Below, in pieces: positions 35,808-46,722 of a stretch of 64,000 nucleotides of DNA (its first letter is position 1; the number at the start of each line of letters is the position of its first letter). This DNA comes from Lama guanicoe (taxonomy: Eukaryota), in assembly GCA_013239625.1 (NCBI GenBank), contig MU054001.1:7055078-7119077 (forward strand), in the 5' to 3' direction. The notes below the pieces were generated by a model, which was not told where the DNA came from, searched no databases, and saw only the letters and a list, made by a program, of their open reading frames with translations. The position numbers and the translations under genes are program-made.

Positions 35808-38800
35808 AGTACTTAAGTGATTTTTTATGGCTGAATAATATTCCATTATATGGATATATTACATTTTACTTATCTATTCATCAGTTGATGGATATTTAAA
35901 TTGTTTTCCATTTTAAGGCTTTTTGGAATAATGCGCCTATGAACATTCACATACACGTTTTTATGTAAACATTTATTTTCAGTTCCCCTGGGTATATATA
36001 CCTAGGAGCAGAGATAGTGGGTTATGACCTTTGTTTAGTTTTTTTGAGGAAATGTCAAACTGCTTTTCAGAGCAGTTGCACCATTTTACATTCCCACTGG
36101 GAATGTAAGGGGGTTCCAAGTTCTCCACATCTTTGCCAACACCTGCTACTGTTTGTCTTTATTATTATAGTCAATCTAGGAAGCCTACTTTTACTTTTAA
36201 TTTACTTAATTTGCTCTTGCTAGTAAAACTTTACTCATAGATAATGTGGAGGCAAGCACTTTGACACCCGATTTGGAAAGTTCTGGCTGCTTTGTCTTAC
36301 TTGTTTCCCGGAGAGCCTTCACTTGCTATTGTCTATATCCTCTATTTCCCACTTTCCCTTTGTGAGTTTGAGGTTTACAGCAAACAATTCAGCTCCTGCC
36401 TAGAGGCTGGTGAGAAGTCACTTGCAGGCCTCTGTTCACCCACACTCGTCCAGGGTCTGATGAATGAGTACTTCCCACATGCACACCTTTGCCCGGTTGT
36501 CACTCTGCCCTGTACAGAATTAAGTGAGGCGTTAAATGAAGGTATCTGACTCTTTATTTCTTTTTCCCCCTGAATCAATAAGGAATTTACCCCCTTCTAC
36601 TGTCTTACTCCTCTCCCAATTACGTAGTTTAACATTGATTTTTTCCCCCTCCTTCTAAGCATATAAAGTACTTGTAGCTCCCTTTTTAATGACAAATCAA
36701 TTCCAATACCTTAATGTTACAGAATTGGGAGAGCAGTTGCGTTTAAAGCTTCCCTCTCTCTGCTCCCGAATCTTTTTGTTTAAAAAGCTCTAGTCATCCG
36801 TGATTGATGGAGGACATTAGTGAGAGAACTTAGGACCATTTTGATTTATTTTGTTTACTTTGAAAATAGTTTTCTCACTTGTCAGATGGATTAATTATGA
36901 GAAATGAATTGTGGGACCAGGTAGGGGGAAGGGAAGAGAAAGCCAGGATTCAGAGTCCCCTTCACAGTTAAGGATGGCTGGTGGCTGCAGGGCCCCCTCC
37001 CCTTGCTGGCCCACCACCAAGGCCCTGTGCCCTGCACTGCGGGGTGCGTGCAGGGTCCCTGACCCCCAAGCATGTTTATTGTCAGGAGGAGGCGGGGCTG
37101 GGGAGAAAACCCACCTGTGTCATTTTTTTTGTAGTGCTTTAATCCAGCTGCCTCAGTTCAGGCTCTTTGCATATTGTTTCCTCATAGTTCAATGTACTTT
37201 TCCTTCATAGCATTTAAATATCAAATACTGCAAGAAAATATTTGTTATGTAAAAGCAATGCTATCTCCCCCTCTAGATGACAGACTCCAAGAAGGCATGG
37301 ACTGTTCCTTTCTTGAATATGACTGAGGCCCTCATGCCCGTTCTTAGTAGACACTCATAAGTGTTGACAGGAAGAACAAATGCCATGAAGGTAAAGTAAG
37401 GCACATGTTGGGGCATAGGATGTACGGGGGGAGGAGGGTGGTGAATGGGTGGGCTCTGAAGACATGAAGGTTGAGCAGGAGTTATAAAAAAAATGGGTGG
37501 GTGAAGAGCTGCGCAGCAGAGGATACTAGGAACACTGGAAACTCAGAGATTAATGAATGACATCATAAAAGCACACATGAGCTATTCAGGACCCAAGAAG
37601 CTGGAGCTCCGGGGAGTTCCAGGTGCTTGGTGGGCCTGTCTGTTTTACTTTTGGGGATTATTTTGTGCAAGATAATAAACCAGGCTCTGCCTTAACCTAT
37701 GCACTCATGAGACAAAAGAAGATTCTGGAATTTGGGTGCCAGAAAGGATCTGTGGCCCAAACATCAGGAACTGGTGGCCAGCTTCTGGAGGTGGGGGTGT
37801 GGGTGCTCGTCAGAGCGATGGCCCCACCAGTGAGCTGGCCCACCCACCCTAGTTCTTCCTCAAGCAGAAGTGAGGCTGGGCTGATTCAGCTGGGGTTGAA
37901 CTCCTTGTCACTCCCCCGTGCCCTCCTTGGCTCATCCCCCTTCCTGGAAGGGATGAATGCAGGCAGTTGACCTCACTTCCCTGGGGAGGAGGCCCCCTGG
38001 GTCACCCTGCTCCTCCTGGTTCCTGAAGGCTGCTGGCTGTCACCTCCTGTTTCTGTCTTCAGCACTTGGCTTCACATTTGCCTGTCCTCTGTGCTTTTTC
38101 CAACTTGTCATTATTATTTTAGTGATAACAGAGAGACTACTGGGAGCAGAGGCAGCGGCAACAGCTTTTACATTTGATTAAACACCTAAAGAATTAAAAG
38201 AGACGGGGGTTGGCTTGGCCTTTGCTCACCTGTAGCCCATCACACGTCACCTGGCCTTTGGTTTCCTCTCTGCTCTGTGGCACTTGGTAGCCACAATCCA
38301 TCTTTCTTGCATCACGTAGACTCTTCTAATTAGAGGACCTGCTTGGCTTAACATGTCCGTCACATTCTGAAAACAGACATTTGAAAGAATAGAATTTCTT
38401 GGGCTTGTGTTGGCTCATGGTGCATGCTGGCACTTCCTGTCTCTAACGGAGAAGCTTTTAAAAGCCCCCCATGACCAGGATGAAGGTGAGATACGGGCAA
38501 GAATGAGAGTGGATGCTCTGGTAGAGAGATGGCAAGTTTTGGCAAATGAAAGTTAACCTTTAGTTTGGTTATCTCACATGAGAGATGATTAGCATGAATT
38601 TAAATGTGCCTACTCTGCTCTGAGTGCTGGGATTTCCACTCAGTAGATCACGTGGGCAAACTATGGAAGACAGAGACAGGCCACTGCTCTGCAGAGTGTT
38701 CTCATCTTGCTCGGCGAAGGTGCTGGTGTCCTGGGTGCTTTCTGATTTTCTACCAGGCGGGCTGCTTGTTCTGTGTTGCAGTGCAAGTTTGCTTGCCCTG

Positions 38801-40290
38801 TGACAGAAATGGAATGCCCTGGAATTTAGCCACTTTCATTATTGCATAGCCTGACTTTTTGTAAAGTCTCTTCCCTCAGTCAAAACTGTTGTGTTCACCT
38901 AGTACATCTGAATAATTGGAGCTGGGCTGTAATTGCCCTAACTCACAATTTTACAGCAATTTAGAAGGAAAACAATTCTGAGTTGTGTGTTCCTTATCAC
39001 ATTGACTCGTCCAGAAGACAAAGCTGAGAATGCAGTACATTTGAATTATGGTGTAGGACAGGTGCTTGGTGTCTGGGGAGGTTGAGGTACAGCCAGGCAG
39101 AATGCAACTGTCAGTGTGGGCAGGGGACACTGGACATTTGTCTCACAACGACGGGAGTGAGAATGAGACTGTTTAGAAACATTAACATGCAGGCAGCACT
39201 GACTGGAACTTTCTAACCAGCTTTTGATGTCCACAGATGAGAGGAAAGTCCTCATGGGCAAGAATGAAACTTCTGAAAGAATTGGAGATGAAAGAGAGTT
39301 ACAGAAAGGGCCCCCCCCCACCTACTTGGGGCAGGGGCTCTCGTTTTACACAGGTGCAGCTGTGTGCAGTGGTGCCATTTGTGGACGGAATGTGGAAAGC
39401 CAAGGAGCTCTGTGGTTCTGGTGCTTACACCGGCAGAGTGAGAGGAGCACACTGACTCACAGGGTTGGCCTGGGAGGTGCAGAGGCAGCAGGAAAAATGA
39501 GCAGACAGCTACAAGGAAGGATTGAGGGCATCTGGATACTACTAAAGATTTGGCAACCTGGTTTCCCCAGGTCTGCACTGGAAAGATGGTAGCGGTGGTT
39601 TCAGAGCCATCTACACAGTGAGAGGTAGGTTGGGGATGAGGCCACACAAGCTGACTTACTGGGTACAGGCCCTAGGGCCACAGCATGCCAAGGCAGATAC
39701 AGCTGGGCAGCTGATGCTGGTGCAAGGTGGCGTGCCAGGGCTGCTGGGGGCCAAGACACCCAATATTAGACGGTGAGTGTCCACCTTTTAGAACCAGGCC
39801 CTGGGGATAGAGATGAAACAAACCATAGGCCTTGCTCTCAAGGAGCCCAGAGCCAGGGGAAGGGACACACACAATATAAGATCGGAGCTTAAATCCAGAT
39901 CATTTGCCTACCATAAAAGGCTTCATAGAGATTTAACCTGCTGGGACAGAGCCCAGCCCCTGTCTGTGTAGGGTATCTGCCCTGATGCCAAGCTCACAAA
40001 ACTCAGGGGCACCCTTCCTGAATCCCACAACACATCCATTTGGTTGACCTCATCATTCAGAACTGAATCATGGTGGCACTTGATTCCAAAATAGGGGGCA
40101 GAAGTTTAACTTACTGAAAGTTTCATTTCTTTCAGTTTTTCTTTCTTTCTTTTTTAAAGCTTGAAGAGTTCAGATTCTTTTGTCCATCCTTATAAGCCTG
40201 CCCTAAGATAGTGATTCTAAACCTTTATGTGTTATGAACCCCTTTAAGATATTACCTGACCCATAGTATTGTGTACATATGTGCATTTTT

Positions 40291-40427
40291 AGCAAGTCTT
40301 TTTTGTTTGTTTTTAATTTTTATTTTAAATTAATTTTTTAATGGAGGTACTGGGGATTGAACCCAGGATCTCTTGAATGCTAAGCATGTGCTCTGCCTCT
40401 GAGCTATAGCCCTCTCCCTCCCTCCCC
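40291..40427 (-). mobile_element. Vic-1-type SINE
   Basis: ggaggtactggggattgaacccaggat...gctaagcatgtgctctgcctctgagcta; TSD-like GTGCAT(T/A)TTT flanks. Confidence 0.85.
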
Positions 40428-41358
40428 AAACGTGCATATTTGATGCAGAAATAGAGACTCTCATGAAAGGTATGGCATGAATGTGATTGACTGAAGGGAC
40501 CAGTGATATGAGGCAGGGGGAGAAGGAAGCGCACAGGAAATATGCAGGTAAATACTGAATTTTGTAAAGCTTGTTTTTCTGTTCAGAAGTACACCAGTGG
40601 CAGAAGTGGGAAAGGCTAGTTTTGAACAAAAACAATTTTCATTCTCCTTCCCTAGGCCAAATCTTGGGAAGAGGTGGAGTGGTGATTCACACAGACAGAG
40701 GAAGGGAGAAGGGACCAAAATACCTTCCTCTGGGGAGCAGAAGGGGGAATGGGATGGGGGGACAAGGGTGCTCTGACACCAGGGACAAGGGTGTGGATGG
40801 GAGCAGGCCCAGCAGACCTCCAGAGTGTCTGTCCCCGACTTGTGGCCTATAGACAGTCCACTGTCTGATGGGTCAGGGTGCTGCTGACGAATGGATGGAG
40901 GGCGTAGCCTTGGACACTTTGGGTGGGGATTGGCCCTGACTAAAGGGGGAACAGAATGGAATGGATGGTTCCCCCATAAGTCTGATGGCACCACGTGGTC
41001 TTGTGTGCCTGCTCCCCAAGAGGACTCCTGTTCCTTCCAAGGACTTTGCTGCAGTCTGAAGACTCAAGTTAACCCCCTCAGTGGTCTCTAACTCTTGAAT
41101 AAAGGGCAGCAAGCAGGACAAGACACAGCATGGACAACATACTGGGTGCCAGGAGAGCAGATCACTGCCCACTTTGGAGTGGGAGGTATACTCAGAAAAG
41201 AGGGTTATTCTGGGCAACTATTTTATTTTCTTTCCAAAATTCTCTTTAAAAATATCCCTCAAATAATATGTATCATTTAGAAAATAAGAAAATACCCCTG
41301 AGAAAATAAAAATTACCCACATTCTCACTCCTCCATAGATAATCACTGAGAACATTTT

Positions 41359-41524
41359 TAAAAAAAGATTAAACTGTTTTCTTTTTGTTTGTTTGTTTTG
41401 GGGGGGATAAGTAGGTTTATTTTATTTATTTATTTGTTTTATTTTAACAGAGGTACTGGGGATTGAACCCAGGGCCTCGTGCATGCTAAGCATGTGCTCT
41501 ACCACTGAGCTACACCTTCCCCCA
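41359..41524 (-). mobile_element. Vic-1-type SINE
   Basis: tRNA-like head; TSD ACTG(A/T)GAACATTTT at 41345 and 41525. Confidence 0.88.
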
Positions 41525-43399
41525 ACTGTGAACATTTTGGAGTCTGTCTGGACTTCTCTGTGCTTGCAGAAACAGAAATCTGTAGCAATGGTGCAGACTG
41601 GTCCATGCTGTTCTGCCTGGAGTTCTTGTAAGTCATGCTCCCCGTGAGGGACAGTGAGCAGGGCCCCTGGAATGGGTGTGTCCTCGCTCCCAGTCTCTTG
41701 GCTCTTGGATTGTTGCCAGACTCTCACTTTTACAAATGGTGCCTCACTACAGCTAAATTCCATATCTAGGGATTTATTTTAAGGAATTAAGGACACAGGC
41801 AAAGGAAAGGTTTGTTTTGAAGATTTTGGATGCATATTCCAATACCTGGACAACCTTTTGCAACGCCCCCACCCCCAGCAGATGTCCATGAGTCAGTGTG
41901 GCTGATGATCTCAGAGGAAGATGCTGGAAGCTTTTCTTCCAGGAAACTCTTGCTCAAATGTCCTTCAACAGATTGCCGCCGGCTTCTCCTTTATCTGGCA
42001 CAGCAGAAACCAACAAAACACAACCACAGCAATAAAAACAACCTGAAGTTGTATATTTAACACAAACAAGTTTTCCTTTTGCTTGCTGAAGATCTGCTTT
42101 ATCAGATGTTAAAATCTTTACTAGAGGTTTTACTCAGATTTTGGCAATGGTGTCAAGGTTCACAACTAGATTTTCTGATCTTGGAATAGAGAATGGGGTG
42201 TGGGCTGCTAGACCCGGCATGCGAGAAGAGCCTCCTGGGGAGCCTTGTCTGTACCCAGACTGAACAAGCCTCCATGGCCCCGTCTGCCCAGTCACCTTGG
42301 CCACACTTTTCCCGACTTGTCTTCTCAGGCTTCCTAGTAAGCAGAAGTTCTGCTCTCATCCACTGAAAAGATGAATTCAGATTAGAGGGAGGTTCCAGGC
42401 CCAGCGTCTAGAACCTTGCCTGATACAGAGTAATGAACCAATAAATTGTTAGAAGAGTCAGTAAAACCCCATTCCTTCAAAGGTATCTTTGGCTTTTGTT
42501 GACTTTCTTTCTATGTCCTAGGCTGAAGCAAGGCAGAGTGTATTGGGGAAAACGAACTTGTCCTTTTCCAAAATAGGGAAGAATCAGACATAGAAGTTTC
42601 CAAGATCGTGGGTTTCCCCTTCCTTCTAAACATTTTATGTCTGGGCTCCGCCCTCTGGGTGCAACTTTCTGAGGCCTTCTGGCTCTGTCTTCCCTCAAGC
42701 CCAGCATCTCAGAAAACCTGTGCAGGCCAGGGAAGCTGCAGACAGGGCATTGATGGCCCTCTGGGCAGGAGCGCCCAGAGGACACCTGAGGACACAGCAG
42801 CCAAGAGAAGGGCTGTTGTCATAACAGAATCTTCGTATCTAGGGAGGAGACACTCCAAGTGCTGACTGTTAGCTGCCAGGATGTCCTTCAAGTGTCGCTG
42901 ACCGAGTGTTTTGTGTTGTTATGGGCAGGGACCTTTACAGCGGGTGAGGGAGAGCCCTGAAGAAGGCCAGGCTTCTTTCCCCAGAGGACCCGCAGAGGAA
43001 CCCTGCAGGGCAAGCCTGGCAGGCTCAAGTTCCAAAGGCTGAGGACTAGTTGCTCCATCTCAGCTGGTGGGATCAGATCCCAAAACCAAAATGAAAGTAG
43101 AGATGGATGAAAGAGGTGGGAATGGCTCGACACCACCGTGGAGAAATGCATATTGATCACGGGGGGAAAAGACTTTTAATAGGGAGAAATAATTACCCAG
43201 GGACTCAAGTGTCTGACTTTCCTAAAGATTCAGTCATCTTGAGATCAGAATGGGAAACAGCTGGCCAAAGGGTAACTTTTAAATCAAGCCCTGCTGCCTT
43301 GCTCATCAGCGGAAGCAAGAAATGATTTGGTCACCAGGATGGAGAGCAGCTTTAAAGAAACCCAGCCGAGCTTGAAGACACAGGTGCACCTGAGAAGGG

Positions 43400-43830
43400 A
43401 GACGGCCTGGTAGCATTTGAGGATTCGATGCCACGCAAACCGCAAACCGCAGGACGTGGTGATAGCAAGGACCGCAGGGGTGGGGTCTGTGCTGGGAGGG
43501 GCAGAACGGGCTGCGGAGGTGGAGGCCACGCCCACAGTGGGCGTGGCCCCTCTCAAGCGGGCCCTGCAGGTGCACAGTAAAGGGCTTTGTAAAGTAAAGC
43601 TGCCACCGTAACTTTCCTGCTCAGGCTCACAGATCGGGACAGCACTGTTTGGTTAAGGCAGCGGAAAGTAACGGGATGTTAACTTCCCATTTGTCTTCTT
43701 TTCCCTTCTGTTACTGTAATAGCGGACACCGCGGAATCAAGGTTCCGCAGCCGAGGGAGGAAGAGACAAGTGCGACTGGCCCAGAAGGGCTTTCCCGCAG
43801 GGCCTGCAGGCGCGGGGCAGGGGCGGATGG
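43400..43830. promoter_or_regulatory. GC/CpG-enriched unique segment with paired KLF/SP sites (candidate promoter or enhancer)
   Basis: Local CpG enrichment; GGCCACGCCCAC-A-GTGGGCGTGGCC palindrome at 43524-43548; GGGGCGG near 43820. Confidence 0.5.
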
Positions 43831-44391
43831 CAGGCCAGCTCCCTCAGGGTCTTTCCCTGGACCAAGAAGCCTCTCCACTAGAGCCTGCCCATTTCCTTCA
43901 GGATCTTCCCAGCTCTGATTATCCCTCAGTCCTACTTTCCTTTCTAAAACCATGATTTCCTTCGTTTGTTTGTTTATTCATTCATCCATTCATGCACCGT
44001 GTGTTTTACCGGTGGAAGATTTCATCCATCCACTGTCTTTCCCCACATCCCATAAGCATTCGAGGAGGGCTGCTTCTGAGGAGGCTGTGTGCTCAGCATG
44101 GGGACCACCCCTTAAATAAAACATTACCCCACACTCTGAATTCATTTCTTCCCTCGAGGAGCTCAGAACTACTTGCATGAGTCCATTCTCATTTAAAACC
44201 TCTACCGTTTCCAGAAAGCTTATTAAAAATGTGATTAAAGAAATAATCACGAAACTTACTTGTGGAATAAGGTTCTTTCTCCTGGGCCTGAATGTGAGAT
44301 TGGAATGCCAAATGACGAAGGTCATTTTTTTAGAGTCCACTAATCCCCTTGAAGACTCTTGGTGCCCTGTGCTACAGTGGTCAGAAGCAAC

Positions 44392-44505
44392 GGGGGAGAA
44401 GGAAGAAACAGCTCAGTGGTAGAGTGCATGCCAAGCATGCATGAGGTCCTGGGTGCAATCCCCAGTATTTCCATTAAAAAAAAAAAGTAAAAAAAAAAAA
44501 AAAAA
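44392..44505 (+). mobile_element. Vic-1-type SINE
   Basis: agctcagtggtagagtgcatgccaagcatgcatgaggtcctgggtgcaatccccagta plus A-tail; CAGAAGCAA direct repeat at 44382 and 44513. Confidence 0.88.
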
Positions 44506-45125
44506 GAAATTGCAGAAGCAATTGGGGTCACTGTCAGATATGGAGCTGCACAGCCTTGCCTCTGAAAGGATGATGGTCTGTAAAAATGACAAGAATATCT
44601 GCAGAAAGCCCCTGGGTGAGGGAAAAATCTGTGGCCCAGTCCTGACCTAGCTCAGGCCCTCTGTGGGGAGAGGAGGGTATTGCCTCCACTAACCACACCC
44701 TCTTCCTCTCCAAACATCTAATTATGGCCCTTCTCACTCTCCACCTACAAAATGAAAGTTTCTGTCCCTGCCTTTGGTCCCCTGCATACTGACATGCTAT
44801 GATGACTAATGTGCATGAGCTTGAAAGAGTAGAAATAAAAAGTAATCCCTCCACTCACTTTGGGAAGTGAAAAGACTTGAGCCTCAGAAGGTCTTTGGAA
44901 TGACCCCAGACCCTATGTGCCACCTTGCTTTCCATTTGCTTCTGGAAGTAACATGCACTGGACTGGAGAGTGAAGGGGACAGAGATTTGCTACCCTCACC
45001 TGATATAAACACCCATCTCATCTGAGACACATTCATATTTTACATGAAAGAAAAGCATGCAATTACACATAAATACTTCATGTCATCTGCTCTTGAAATT
45101 TTAGCGGCAGGACTTAATGCTGCTG

Positions 45126-45139
45126 GTTGCCATGGCAAC
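45126..45139. promoter_or_regulatory. RFX X-box
   Basis: Perfect palindromic consensus GTTGCCATGGCAAC in unique sequence. Confidence 0.6.
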
Positions 45140-45947
45140 AGGCAAAGTCGGAGATTTTGAATATTAGTGTATTATTCCACGGGGGGAAACTTCATTTCTG
45201 TGTATGTGTGTGCACGCACACGTATGTGTGTGTTGTGTGCGCGCGTGTGTGTGAAGGGTGGTACTACTCTGAGGGGCTTGTTTATAGATCACACAGTGTC
45301 AGAAAAGTTAGGAGGTGAGGCTGTCACTATTATTCAGGTGAACATATGGGAAAGGTTGAGCCAAGCACAGGTATCTGTCATTCCTTGGTCATAACCTTTC
45401 CGGAGAAAATTTGAACTAGGCTCAAAATGGACACATGATGGTTTTTGTTGCTGTTGTTGTTTGTTGTTGTTTTTGTAATGGAGACAAGATCCAGGAATAA
45501 AACACACTTAATGTGAGCCTGAGATGTTTCCTTTTATTTTCGGTTCTGTGGCTGCTCTGAAAACTCCCCCCTTTCTTGGGCCTCCCACCTCTCCTCCCCT
45601 CGTGGCTGCTGATACCCCTGTGAGCCAATACTGGGGGCTCTGGGGCTCTACCGTCTTCACCTTATTTGGCACTTCTCTGCTTCCCACCTATAAACGTTGG
45701 TTACTATGTGCATGTTACAAAATTCCTCCCATCTTCCAGAAATACCCTTCTCTTTCTCTTTCTGCTCTCTTTGCATGCACTATTGGTATTTTCAGCGCCC
45801 CTTTCTTGTGTTTATTCCTTTTCTCTCCCACACATCTCTGCTTGGCTTACTTATTTTCTTATTACAGAGAGGTGTTTTCTATGTGGTGGAAAATATAGCC
45901 CCTGGCAGCTCCGAGTCAACATCCTTCCATCTTAGACGTTCTCTTTC

Positions 45948-46722
45948 ATGCGAACAGGGCTCTGCGAGTGAGGGCTGCAGACGCGCGCCATACTGATGCT
46001 GCTCACCGCCCGCTCCACTCTCTGTGGGTAAATTCACAGACCAACATGAATGTATAACCACAGACAACAGTGTTGGAACAGTGGGAATTAGCAGTTTTGC
46101 ACAGGAAGCTTTGGGAGATGTTGCTTACTGCAGTCTGCCTGAAGGTGGGACAGAATTGAGCAAACAAGAGTTTGGTGCTTTGGAAAAGGGTGAAAGCTGC
46201 TAGTGAACTCTATTCTCTATCAGGAAGAGAAGCTTCTGAAATTAATGAAGCTCTAGCAGAAAACCCAGGACTTGTCAACAAATCTTATTATGAAGATGGG
46301 CTGATCAAGATGACGCTCAGTAACCTTTCAGATATAGATGAACTAATGAGTGAAGAAGCAGATGAGAAATATGTAAAATCTATCAAAGGGTGAAAATGGA
46401 ACCCCTAAATAAATTAGTTTGAAACAACTTAATTTAACATAGTTGTCTTAAATTAATGGTGGATAGATTTTTAAAAAGCAGCTTTTAGCAAACAAAACAA
46501 AACAAAACAAAAAAACTTGCAACAATGTTACCAGGAAAAAAACCCCTTAATTTCCTAATGACTTTGGATAAATACTATGCATCTTTTTCACAGCGCCCTA
46601 TGATTTTTCTAGGCTAGGCTCCAGTTATAATATCCAGAATTCCCGAAATTATCTGTGGTAAAACTAGTTACAAAAAGAATGTAATTCAAAGGTAACATTG
46701 TTATCTTAAGCTTTATGTAATA
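45948..46722 (+). pseudogene. GCSH: Processed pseudogene of glycine cleavage system H protein, 5' part (CDS remnant 45956-46393 plus first part of the 3' UTR)
   Basis: [46 protein letters not shown] / [51 protein letters not shown]. Intronless; start codon changed ATG>AGG; frameshifts and deletions. Confidence 0.93.

Larger units (their letters stand above)
34065..36175 (-). mobile_element. Old L1M 3' end, split in two by the EMD retrocopy (about 34065-34406 and 35808-36175)
   Basis: The antisense L1 3' UTR (…catgttgtaacatgtttcagtacttca | ttttttatggctgaataatattccatt…) reads continuously once the retrocopy is removed. Confidence 0.8.

Noticed and set aside
34566..35899. Overlapping ORFs of 217, 107, 100 and 90 aa around the EMD copy
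   Set aside because: These are alternative-frame or antisense by-products of GC-rich coding sequence, with no recognisable protein features.
25942..44505. tRNA genes
   Set aside because: The tRNA-like heads belong to SINEs with A-rich tails and TSDs.
46172..46393. The 73-aa GCSH-like ORF as a functional protein
   Set aside because: It has a non-ATG start and is only the post-frameshift C-terminal part, with further indels.
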